Of a stretch of 27,700 nt of DNA, positions 7,018 through 15,998 are shown one piece after another. The notes under the pieces were generated by a model that saw nothing but the letters and a program-made list of their open reading frames with translations, did no database searches and had not been told where the DNA came from. This DNA comes from a virus (lineage: Duplodnaviria; Caudoviricetes). A program made the translations under genes and the position numbers. Every line of letters starts with the position of its first letter. Within the stretch, counting starts at the first letter, position 1. The stretch lies in IMG/VR virus record IMGVR_UViG_3300009109_000027, positions 1 through 27,700 of that record; one strand, given 5' to 3'.

Positions 7018-7910
7018 GTCTCCGGCTGCTGAAGTGGCCGGGAGGTAAAGGCGGCATGTTGGACGAACTGCTTCCTCTCATACCTTACGACCAACTCTTT
7101 GTTGACGTATTCGGAGGCGGCGGATCGGTGCTGCTCAACCGCAAACCCTCACCCGTGGAGGTATACAACGACCTCGACGGCAACCTCGTCAACCTGTTTC
7201 GGGTCATCCAGCACCCCGAACACTCCATCGAACTCGAACGTCGACTCCGGTCAACGCTGTACTCCAAAGACGAGTTCGTCAAAGCAATCGCCATCGTCAA
7301 AGGCGAAACCGATCCTCTGGACCCCGTGGAACAGGCGTGGGCGATGTTCGTCAACATGAACCAGAGCGTCGTAGGCCGCGTATACCGCACACAAGGCAAC
7401 TGGTCCAGAGCCGCTATAAGCGTCTCTGGCGAGTCCGCTGTCGTAGCGGGGTGGAAATCCCTCATCAACCGGTTGGGTGCCATCTACGACCGCCTCAGCG
7501 CCGTTCAGGTAGAACAGAGAGACGCCATCGAGTCGATCAACTACTGGGACGGGGCCGACACGGTGTTCTACGTTGACCCACCGTACGTTCACGACACCCG
7601 CGTCGAAGACGAGTACTACGCCCACGAAATGAGTAACGACCAGCACGAAACCATGATCGACGCCCTGATCAGCGCAAACGGGTATGTCGTAGTATCCGGT
7701 TACGACCACCCCATCTACAACAAGTTTGATACATCAGGTTGGACCCGGGTCGAGTTCGACCGGGTTACTACAATGACAGCAAGTCAACGGGGCAAGGGTG
7801 ACGACTGGACCCGTGACATCAAACCACGAGGCAAGAGGACAGAAGTAGTATGGCTGAACCCGAAGGCTCAGGAAACCCGGGAAGAACCCACCCTTCTGGA
7901 CATCCTGTGA
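7014..7910 (+). CDS. dam: N6-adenine DNA methyltransferase (Dam-like, D12 class)
   Basis: N-terminal KWPGGK, SAM motif FVDVFGGGGSV, VYNDLD, catalytic YVDPPY. Target specificity cannot be determined from the sequence. Confidence 0.9.
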   Translation: MSLRLLKWPGGKGGMLDELLPLIPYDQLFVDVFGGGGSVLLNRKPSPVEVYNDLDGNLVNLFRVIQHPEHSIELERRLRSTLYSKDEFVKAIAIVKGETDPLDPVEQAWAMFVNMNQSVVGRVYRTQGNWSRAAISVSGESAVVAGWKSLINRLGAIYDRLSAVQVEQRDAIESINYWDGADTVFYVDPPYVHDTRVEDEYYAHEMSNDQHETMIDALISANGYVVVSGYDHPIYNKFDTSGWTRVEFDRVTTMTASQRGKGDDWTRDIKPRGKRTEVVWLNPKAQETREEPTLLDIL

Positions 7911-8173
7911 TACAGGCCGGGAAAGTAGCGGTCGGGTTGCTGCGGGCAGCGTGGGACAACGACAACGATTTCAGCCGATCAGGTACACGCAGACTGTTAG
8001 AAGACCTAGACGCCACCCAACTAGCACAGGTAGCAGCCGTGCAAACCGTGTGGATGCTCGAACAAATGGAGTGGATCTCCAACGTGGACAACGAAGAAGG
8101 AGCGATGCTAAGTGTCGAAGAACAAATCTGTGGACTCGGAATGGAGATCGCACTCAGCGAAGTGGGCGCATAA
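7907..8173 (+). CDS. Hypothetical protein (88 aa)
   Basis: GTGA overlap with the MTase stop; lies within ORF 7850..8173. Confidence 0.65.
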   Translation: MIQAGKVAVGLLRAAWDNDNDFSRSGTRRLLEDLDATQLAQVAAVQTVWMLEQMEWISNVDNEEGAMLSVEEQICGLGMEIALSEVGA

Positions 8174-8219
8174 GACAGCCTGCTACGACAACGAAGGCAG
8201 ACTTGAGTGCTGCTGTTCG

Positions 8220-8603
8220 TTACGCGAGTCGGTGGACCTCTACAACCAGAGCGTTGCCGAGGTCGGACTTGCCGACTGGCCGGAAGAAACGTAACTCGGT
8301 GACATGCTCAGGTCCGTCATCATCGAGAACCCCTGCGTCGACCAGCCCGTCTATTGCAGCCTTGACAGCAGGGAAACAGGCCCCGGTGTCTTGCAACCTG
8401 TTGTCAGACAAATGAGGTGTGGCAACAATCAGACACCTGTCCATGTGCGGGATGCGGGCCTTCAACGCGAGCCACGCAAACGACTCACGCCACGGCTTCA
8501 CCAGTTTCGCACGGGTGTAATGGTTGCCGTGGCCGTACAGGGTGTTTTGAGTGAACGGCCGTTCGTAATGAACGACTTCCCAACTACTCGGAGTCGTCCT
8601 CAT
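8220..8603 (-). CDS. rusA: RusA-like Holliday junction resolvase
   Basis: QDTGACFPAVKAAIDGLVDAGVLDDD matches the RusA D..N..K...D.L...G...DD pattern. Confidence 0.8.
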   Translation of the reverse strand: MRTTPSSWEVVHYERPFTQNTLYGHGNHYTRAKLVKPWRESFAWLALKARIPHMDRCLIVATPHLSDNRLQDTGACFPAVKAAIDGLVDAGVLDDDGPEHVTELRFFRPVGKSDLGNALVVEVHRLA

Positions 8604-8808
8604 CCAACAGGTCCTCCGGCTCACATTCGAACACCCCGCACAAAGCAATCATGTGATGGTGGCGAATCGGGAGCCGCCTGTTCGCGTACTTCGACAATGT
8701 TGACGGGTCTATCCCCGACAACCCCGCGACAAAGTACATGGGGGCGCCCGACTTGGCGATCATCTGCCGTAGAGCAGACGGTCTGCCACGAGTGGCGATA
8801 ACCGGCAT
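8584..8808 (-). CDS. XRE/Cro-like helix-turn-helix regulator
   Basis: LRQMI...VAGLSGIDPSTLSKYAN...IALCGVFECEPEDLL. Confidence 0.85.
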   Translation of the reverse strand: MPVIATRGRPSALRQMIAKSGAPMYFVAGLSGIDPSTLSKYANRRLPIRHHHMIALCGVFECEPEDLLDEDDSE

Positions 8809-8881
8809 GGACTGACCTAAACGCTGTGGCTCTGTCACAACCCCATATTATCATCAACCCAAGACAAATGGAAGGAAACTA

Positions 8882-9661
8882 ATGACTGAAATAGTACGAG
8901 CACCGGTGATAACACCAGAGAAGCAGGAAGAAGTCCTCAAATATCTGGGACTCAACCCGAACGACACGGCGACACACGCCCTCGTCGAAGTCTGCAACCG
9001 GTACGGCTTCGACCCCCTGCTCAAACACGTTGTTCTCATAGGCAACAAAAGCGGCAAGAGCACATACGTCACCAGAGACGGGCTGCTGCACCTAGCGCAC
9101 CAATCGCACCAACTCAACGGCATCGTCGTCGTAGACGAAGGCGACACCGACAAAGAATGGTGGGCAGTTGTCGAGGTGTACCGCAAAGACATGATGCACC
9201 CGTTCCGCTACAAGGGCCGGTACCCCAAATCGGGAAGCAACAAACAGTACGGACCCGAGATGGCAGTCAAATGCGCTGAAGTCATGTCCCTCAGGCGTGC
9301 GTTCGACGTGTCCCTACCCACCGTAGAGGAACGGTGGGACACACCACCCGAACCGGTCAAAGAAATCAGAGAATCAGATGTGGCAGAAGCGTTCGCACCA
9401 CCCCCGCCACCCCCCACACCGAAGGCGTCCATCGAAAAAGCGCGGGAATCCCTACAGCCAGACACAACCGTCACTAAGGTTCAACCCGTCACAGCCGACC
9501 ATCGGGAAATCAGGTCACGGATGACAGCACCCGGAGTGACGCGAGAAATGCGCGACGAGTTCAAGGGCATATTCGGGAACGTCGACAACCTCACCTACCC
9601 GGAACTGGACGACGCCCTCGCATGGGTGAAAGACAGGACGGCGAAGATTGAACCTTTCTGA
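8882..9661 (+). CDS. RecT/Bet-like single-strand annealing protein
   Basis: GFDPLLKHVVLI, YVTRDGLLHLAH, PEMAVKCAE...LRRAF, with a Pro-rich linker and small C-terminal helical domain. GGAAGGA SD. Confidence 0.75.
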   Translation: MTEIVRAPVITPEKQEEVLKYLGLNPNDTATHALVEVCNRYGFDPLLKHVVLIGNKSGKSTYVTRDGLLHLAHQSHQLNGIVVVDEGDTDKEWWAVVEVYRKDMMHPFRYKGRYPKSGSNKQYGPEMAVKCAEVMSLRRAFDVSLPTVEERWDTPPEPVKEIRESDVAEAFAPPPPPPTPKASIEKARESLQPDTTVTKVQPVTADHREIRSRMTAPGVTREMRDEFKGIFGNVDNLTYPELDDALAWVKDRTAKIEPF

Positions 9662-9977
9662 ACGCCGACTCCGGGCGATAGCCGACGGAGACTGGTGGCG
9701 TGAACAGGCATCCTGCAAGAACATGGACTCGGAGTTGTTCTTCTCCGTCCACACCAAGCAGACAGCCGTCGCCACCTGTCAAACGTGCCCAGTCAACAAC
9801 TGTTGTCTTGACTACGCCCTAGAGTTCGAATCAGAGTTCGGAATATGGGGCGGATACACGGCCCGTCAACGGGTCAGGTACCGCCGCGAACTAAAGCATT
9901 ACGCTGCCGCAAAGTTACGACAGGGCAGATGGGGTACCGTCACCGAACTGGGAAGCGACGACACTCTTAGCGAGTGA
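9648..9977 (+). CDS. whiB: WhiB-family Fe-S transcription factor
   Basis: W..QASC....ELFF...CQTCPVNNCC...GIWGG.T..QR: four-Cys pattern plus the G(I)WGG turn. Confidence 0.92.
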   Translation: MNLSERRLRAIADGDWWREQASCKNMDSELFFSVHTKQTAVATCQTCPVNNCCLDYALEFESEFGIWGGYTARQRVRYRRELKHYAAAKLRQGRWGTVTELGSDDTLSE

Positions 9978-10103
9978 CAACACCGCAGCAGCGCCAGCGA
10001 TCGCAGCCGCCTTCGCCGAAGCCAAGTCCGCTACAGCGAACACGCTGAGGAACGCCTGAAGGAACGTGACTACAGCCCGTTCAAGTACGTCTCGATAGTT
10101 CAT
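9915..10103 (-). CDS. Holin (r1t-like)
   Basis: LERAVVTFLQAF signature; two hydrophobic helices in 62 aa. Confidence 0.8.
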   Translation of the reverse strand: MNYRDVLERAVVTFLQAFLSVFAVADLASAKAAAIAGAAAVLSLAKSVVASQFGDGTPSALS

Positions 10104-10216
10104 TAGTAAGATCCTCTCTTATGGGTGACCTTTTTACCTGACTTCTTAGCGGCAGCCTTCGCTGCCTTGCGTCCCGCCGTCGTGTACGGAAAGTGTTTAC
10201 TACCGACCCGAGGCAC
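10103..10216 (-). CDS. Small basic protein (37 aa)
   Basis: Manual translation: MPRVGSKHFPYTTAGRKAAKAAAKKSGKKVTHKRGSY. GGAGGTG SD; TAATG coupling to the holin. Confidence 0.75.
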   Translation of the reverse strand: MPRVGSKHFPYTTAGRKAAKAAAKKSGKKVTHKRGSY

Positions 10217-13200
10217 TCAAGATCACCTCCAATAGTTCTGGGTTGCGTTTTGCCAGCGCGTACAGATTGTCGACCTTGAACACTTGGCCACGTATCCGCG
10301 CCTGTTCGTATCCTAGCGCATCTCCCCAGTCGCCTGTACGCAACGCCCGGTTTACAGCATCACCCGCAGCCTGCTCACGAGCCAGCGCAGACCTCTGCAA
10401 CTCGAACGTACGCGACCGTTTACGAGGCGCAAACGGCAAACCGAACGACGACCAGATACGACCCACGAACGCATCCGGGTTGTTGACCCGCATGTTGCGT
10501 AGTTCCCTGCTGGTAGACCGAACGCCAGACAGTTCAACCAGCCCAGCGAACCCCTCTACCTGAGGAACAATCGACTTCGGCAACGAATGAAGAATGTTGG
10601 GAGCCATAGACCGCAGCCGCCCCGTCTCCGGGTCGTACGTCATCTCCGGGTACAACCGGGCGCGGCCAGACATCGGGCTGACACCCATCGACTCCATCAC
10701 CGACGACGCGATCGGAGACATCTGCGTCAAAAACCCGAGGACCACACCAGACCCGTACTCGCGTGAATCAAAGTCGGCATACCGGGCCACGTCCGCGAAC
10801 GGGTTCATCGACCGCATGTTCACCGACCATTGCTTCGTATCCGGGCCTTCCTTGCCGATAAAGAACGTGGATGCCATCCATTGAGGAATCCCGGAGCGGT
10901 AATCCTCCATCTCGTTGGCAGCAAAGTTGGTGAGCACCGCCACCCGTGTCGGATGGTCATACGGCAACGTGAACGTGTACTTCAACACATGCTTCATCCA
11001 ACCGTAGAACGGGAAGATGCGCCGCATGATGGTGCGCTCCCACGGAAGCATCGCGTCCCAATCTTGCAGAATCTTGTTTGCCAACTTGATACCAGACTCA
11101 GCGGCTTCGGCTGCCGTGGCCCCCCGCGCCAGCGCCTTGTCTGACTCGTGGAGATAAGCAGCGGCCCGGAACACGTTGTCAAACCACTCGTTGATCTGGA
11201 ACGACCTGTTCGCAGCCTTCTGCACGTTGCGGATTGTTTCCCCCAACCATCGGCCCTCGCCGATGCCCCACATAAACCCGGTGCGCTTGTCGGTCGCGAG
11301 CCTTGAAATGTCCTGCGTGAACGCCTTCGTCAAATCCGGGTCGACCATCGCAGCACCGGTAGAAATCTCCGGTGGCAGTTTGCCCTCGTCGACAAACTGC
11401 TTGGCGCGCTGCAACTGCGTCAGCACCGTCGGGTCGGTGCGGACCATCAGCATCGCCAGACCACCGATAGCGTTGTAAACCAAGAACCGAGGAGACAGCG
11501 CCAACGCGGACACGCGGAACACGTCCATGATCTGGTCGTAAGTATTTCTAAACGGGATCAGCCCACCAGTTTTCTGCATCCCCTCGACCGTTGCCGACAC
11601 ACCGCGCGGCATGTAAATGTTCTCGATCGCCAACACAGAATCCTCAGGGTCGACACCCAAACCCCGGCGCTTGTATTTGATTTTCGACTGCGGTGCCCAC
11701 TTCTCACTCAACCCCCATTTCGTCGGGTTGACTGTCGCCCAGTCCTTACGGATAACCCGTTGAGCAATGTTTTGTGGAGGAACATGCGGGTTAGCGGCAC
11801 GCTGAGCCGCTATCTCATCCGAATACATGTCCATCAGGTCGTCCCACGTCTTACCGAACATGTTGAACAAACCATCCAACCCAGCGGCTTCGTCGCCGAA
11901 ATACAAGGCTTCGGTTGCTGTGCGCCTAATAAAGTCAGCGGAGTTCTGTTCAAACGCGACAGCGAGGTTGCGGATGTAAGGCTCCGGGTTGAGGTACCGC
12001 TGCTTGAACGCCTGCGGAGTCACAATCTTTTGACCGAACAGTTTGCCGGGAGCGCGGCCCCGGTTGCCGACCTGACGGTGCGGCAACCACACCGGTTCGT
12101 AACCAGCCGCCCGCAGCGAATGAACCGTTTCAAACGCCTCCCGTTCAAGAAGCCTGAACTCCTTGTCTGCGACACCGGCAGCCTTAGCAGCCTCCTTGTA
12201 CTTCCCGAACGTCAACTTGCGGGTAGCGTTATCCGGCACCGTTGGAGCCGACAGCCGCTTAGCCAACAACGAACTAAGCACCCGGTTATACATCGGTTGC
12301 AGCCGCGCAGGCAAGTTACGCACATTGTCAGCCCACTTAGCGGCAGCGATCTCCGCTTCCGACATTTCGTCGGCAATCTTCGCGGCCAGCCGGGATTCCT
12401 CCGACGTGTTCAACTCGATGGCCCTAGCCGCCTTCGCTTGGCTGAGCCGGGCACCAGCCAACTGGTTCCGCGACGTTTTGAGCGCCTGATTAGTAGGCAT
12501 ATCTGCATACACAGCGTCGATGCGTGCCTCGATAGAAGCAATCTCGTTAGCCAGTTTCGGAGACTTGTCTTCAGCCAGACGGCGAACCTCCTGCATCGTC
12601 TTCGAATCAAGTTTGTTTCGCGCTACGCGAAGATGGTTCCGAGCCGCTGTCAAATCGCCGGTACGGGCAGCGATCTCGGCTTTACGCAACGGACCGGGGT
12701 TTTTCACCGTGCCGATTATCGCCGCTTTGAGAGTAGAGAACGCCGTGTCGATCCGCGCCTTGCGTTTCCGAGCCGAATCAACCTTACCGGCCGTTGACTT
12801 TCTACGAGACTTAGCGACAGCGTAAGCCGCCGGGTCGCCGGGTTCTGTAACCGTGCGAACCCGGCGAGTACCAGCAGCCGACTTCGCCTTAGCCTGCGTC
12901 GGTTTGACGCGTATACCAGCATCCTCCAACGCGGCCGCAGCAGCAGCCAGATCGTCCCTAACGCTGAACAACGGGTGCGCTGTGCCCTGCGAATCAATGG
13001 CGTCCAACTGGTCGTACAAGTTTCGCAACTCGGCTTCATCCGGGTGCGCTTTCAAAGTTTCTTTCACTTCCCGCAAACCCGGCTTAGTTTCACCCGCTTT
13101 CACCCGTGCGATACGGTCCTGAAGTTGCGACTCCAACTGCGTGAGACGATTCAACGCCAGTTCCGCAGACAACACCTCGTCAGCAGGAACAGAAGCCGCC

Positions 13201-15992
13201 TTAGCGCCAGCCTCCAACGCAGCGATCCGTTCATCGATCTGATTCAAATGAACCGTGTTCTCCGCCAACCGGCCAGCCTGCTCAGAAGAAGACTCAACGA
13301 TGGCAACACCGGGCTTTACAAAATCCCCCTCAGCCATCTGACGGATCGGTTCCCACTCCGGGCTACGAGACACACCGGCAGACAACCGTTCAGGAAGAAT
13401 CTCGGCAGCACGATCCAACACACGCAGAGCAGCAACCGACACCGGCCGACCACCAACCATGACAAACGCCTCGGCAGCATCCACGTTCGCAGCATCCAAC
13501 AAATCAACCGTTATCTGATCAGCAGCCTCGGCAGTCAAACCGGCGCGTTCCGATTCGACAAACTGGGCGGCGTCACGCTCAATCCACTCGTCGATCACCG
13601 CCAACTTTTCCAACGCCTCGTCAGAAAAGTTCTTGAACGCCGTGTTGCCGTGAACCAGTTCACCCTCAGCAGCAGGAGACTCCTTGCTGAGAGTGCGGCG
13701 AGCACCCCAACTAGCCTCAACCGTTGAATCAAACTCGTAAATCTCCCACTCGGTGCCACCCTCATCGACAACCTTGCGGGTACCCCGCTTCGTTCGAATC
13801 AGGTCACGTTCCCGTGTCGTCAACCGAGTCGGATAACTGTCGCCGGGGCGAGTCTTGCCGGTTACATGGTCGATGCGGTAATCGGAAGGGTCGTGGCCCT
13901 TCGCAACCCGAATCGTCGCCTCGTCGGTCAAATGCCTGTCCAACAAGTCGACAACTTCGTCGTTGATTGTCCGACCAATCCTGACACGAACAGCCTCAGC
14001 CGCCTCAGGTGTCCCAACCCTGAAAGCACCAGCCTCCTCAGCAGAAGCCAACAGCGAACTGCGGCGCTTCTTCAACGACCGGCGAACCATCTTCGCTACA
14101 CGCGTTTTCGACGGCTCCTTCGAAAACGTCGTCCCGTCAACAACCTTTTCTTCCCAACCCTTGACCTTCAACTCGTCGACCTCGTACGCCAACCGGGTCA
14201 TCTCCACATCGACCGGACGGCCAACCGAATCCAACTTCGGAACCGTTATCGTTTCATCCAGATTCACGGCAGCGTCACCCATCTGGGCGTTCAAAGCGCG
14301 GACACGATCCGCCAACGAACCCGTATGCAACCGGCCCTCCGCTGCCGTCTTCACATTACGAGCCTGAGCCGGAGTCAGCCGACGCAACGCCACAACACGA
14401 TTCAAGTGTTCCTGCGCCGCGACACGCCGCTCAATCAACTCGGCTGCACGTTCCGCAACAACCTCGCCATCCAACCTCTGACGCACCACCAACAACTTGC
14501 CTTCCTCGGTGGTGGGGGCACGACCAGTCTGCTTCGTAGCAACCACTTCGCCCTCAACAGTTGGGGAACGGCTGCCCTCCAACCACTCCGACTCGCCGCG
14601 ACGCAACGCTGGAACATCCTCAGGCCACGGCGACTCCTCAACAACCTGAGAACGCTTCGGAGCCAACCGTTCAGCAGCCGCAGTATCAGACTTCAAAACC
14701 CGTTCAGCCTTAGCCACGTCGTCGGCTTGACCCAACTCGACCATCGACAACCGTTCAGTCGCAGACACCGCTTCGGTTATCTCATCTGAGAACCTGACCA
14801 CATCGACAACAGACAACCCGGCTTCCAAATCGGCGATCTGCGCGGTCTTCTCCGCATGAACAGTTTCAGCGCGGACACGCTTCGACTCGGTTGTTTCCTT
14901 CGACTTGCCGGTTCGCTTCTTCCCAGCCTTAGCGTCCTGAATGTCTTTCAGATGCTTCCTGACACCCGGCGTGTTCGGATACGGCTCCCCGTTGACCAAC
15001 AACACCTCGCCAGAGGTTGTTTCACCGTGCTTGGCGTACCAGTCGCCCATCGCCTTAGCGTCCTCAGCCATCGAAACCCACTGATCACCCCGGCCGGAAT
15101 CCGTCGCCCACTTAGGAGGAGGATCACCCGACTTCCAACGACCCTGCTCCAAATAATCCCACGTAGCAGTCAGTTCAGCATCGTCGAACGTGTCGATCCA
15201 GTTGAGAACATGTTGCTGTAGTTCGCTGTGAGTACCAACACCGGTGCGACCCAACGAAGACTCGCCGATCACACCCTCCTCAGCGAGCCGCTGACCCTTA
15301 CGGAACTCGCGAGCCGTAGCCGTAGCCGAACGACCCCAACCACGGTTCTCCAGATTCTGAGCAGCCCGCTTCCACGGGCTAGACCCGGTGAGACGACTCA
15401 ACGCAGCATCAGTCAAACCAGCCTTGGACGCCACCGGCAACAAATCCAGAAACGTGAACAACGGATGCTTTGCCAGTTCCCCCGGACCCTTATCTCCCTC
15501 GTAGCCACCGCCGATCATCTCCGCCGTGAACGAACCGGGGATTAGACGCAAACCGGGAGCACCAGCAATCTTCGCTATCCCCTTGCCGAAATCACCCTCC
15601 GACAAGGCTTCAAACCCAGCCGACACCGACGGACCCAAACCAGTTTCCGGGTCGCCCATCTCCGCGGGTTCCTTCAAAATAAACCCCGGTAGTTGCGGCA
15701 AACCCAAAACGATGTCTCTCAAATCCGACGCGGCGTTCTCAACAAACCCGCCGATACGACCCGTTTCACCCCCCTTGCCCTGAGCGCCAAGGATCGCTAC
15801 CGCAGCCTCACGGTCAGACATTGGGCTGCCGCCGCGGTTCACGCGCTCCTGATCGTAAAGGTAAACCTCTCGAACAATGTCCAACGGAACATTGTTTTGC
15901 ATAGCGATCGCAGACCTGCGTCGCCACCGATCCTTAGAAGTATCTAGGCCCTTAGTTCTACCGGGCAGTACCGGCGTCGTGAACGTCGCCAC
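10200..15992 (-). CDS. Giant putative internal virion/ejection protein (1930 aa)
   Basis: Longest ORF; mostly helical/coiled-coil. C-terminal MRRIFPFYGW-type motif as seen in large podovirus-like virion proteins. Last of three large genes after the adaptor. Confidence 0.65.
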   Translation of the reverse strand: MATFTTPVLPGRTKGLDTSKDRWRRRSAIAMQNNVPLDIVREVYLYDQERVNRGGSPMSDREAAVAILGAQGKGGETGRIGGFVENAASDLRDIVLGLPQLPGFILKEPAEMGDPETGLGPSVSAGFEALSEGDFGKGIAKIAGAPGLRLIPGSFTAEMIGGGYEGDKGPGELAKHPLFTFLDLLPVASKAGLTDAALSRLTGSSPWKRAAQNLENRGWGRSATATAREFRKGQRLAEEGVIGESSLGRTGVGTHSELQQHVLNWIDTFDDAELTATWDYLEQGRWKSGDPPPKWATDSGRGDQWVSMAEDAKAMGDWYAKHGETTSGEVLLVNGEPYPNTPGVRKHLKDIQDAKAGKKRTGKSKETTESKRVRAETVHAEKTAQIADLEAGLSVVDVVRFSDEITEAVSATERLSMVELGQADDVAKAERVLKSDTAAAERLAPKRSQVVEESPWPEDVPALRRGESEWLEGSRSPTVEGEVVATKQTGRAPTTEEGKLLVVRQRLDGEVVAERAAELIERRVAAQEHLNRVVALRRLTPAQARNVKTAAEGRLHTGSLADRVRALNAQMGDAAVNLDETITVPKLDSVGRPVDVEMTRLAYEVDELKVKGWEEKVVDGTTFSKEPSKTRVAKMVRRSLKKRRSSLLASAEEAGAFRVGTPEAAEAVRVRIGRTINDEVVDLLDRHLTDEATIRVAKGHDPSDYRIDHVTGKTRPGDSYPTRLTTRERDLIRTKRGTRKVVDEGGTEWEIYEFDSTVEASWGARRTLSKESPAAEGELVHGNTAFKNFSDEALEKLAVIDEWIERDAAQFVESERAGLTAEAADQITVDLLDAANVDAAEAFVMVGGRPVSVAALRVLDRAAEILPERLSAGVSRSPEWEPIRQMAEGDFVKPGVAIVESSSEQAGRLAENTVHLNQIDERIAALEAGAKAASVPADEVLSAELALNRLTQLESQLQDRIARVKAGETKPGLREVKETLKAHPDEAELRNLYDQLDAIDSQGTAHPLFSVRDDLAAAAAALEDAGIRVKPTQAKAKSAAGTRRVRTVTEPGDPAAYAVAKSRRKSTAGKVDSARKRKARIDTAFSTLKAAIIGTVKNPGPLRKAEIAARTGDLTAARNHLRVARNKLDSKTMQEVRRLAEDKSPKLANEIASIEARIDAVYADMPTNQALKTSRNQLAGARLSQAKAARAIELNTSEESRLAAKIADEMSEAEIAAAKWADNVRNLPARLQPMYNRVLSSLLAKRLSAPTVPDNATRKLTFGKYKEAAKAAGVADKEFRLLEREAFETVHSLRAAGYEPVWLPHRQVGNRGRAPGKLFGQKIVTPQAFKQRYLNPEPYIRNLAVAFEQNSADFIRRTATEALYFGDEAAGLDGLFNMFGKTWDDLMDMYSDEIAAQRAANPHVPPQNIAQRVIRKDWATVNPTKWGLSEKWAPQSKIKYKRRGLGVDPEDSVLAIENIYMPRGVSATVEGMQKTGGLIPFRNTYDQIMDVFRVSALALSPRFLVYNAIGGLAMLMVRTDPTVLTQLQRAKQFVDEGKLPPEISTGAAMVDPDLTKAFTQDISRLATDKRTGFMWGIGEGRWLGETIRNVQKAANRSFQINEWFDNVFRAAAYLHESDKALARGATAAEAAESGIKLANKILQDWDAMLPWERTIMRRIFPFYGWMKHVLKYTFTLPYDHPTRVAVLTNFAANEMEDYRSGIPQWMASTFFIGKEGPDTKQWSVNMRSMNPFADVARYADFDSREYGSGVVLGFLTQMSPIASSVMESMGVSPMSGRARLYPEMTYDPETGRLRSMAPNILHSLPKSIVPQVEGFAGLVELSGVRSTSRELRNMRVNNPDAFVGRIWSSFGLPFAPRKRSRTFELQRSALAREQAAGDAVNRALRTGDWGDALGYEQARIRGQVFKVDNLYALAKRNPELLEVILSASGR

Positions 15993-15998
15993 GGATCA

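Noticed and set aside
8112-8294. 60-aa plus-strand Cys-containing ORF
   Set aside because: Overlaps both the upstream gene and the RusA-like gene on the other strand, and has no convincing start.
10200-15992. Tape measure protein or virion RNA polymerase
   Set aside because: No tape-measure repeats or upstream tail chaperone pair, and no polymerase catalytic motifs that I could recognise.
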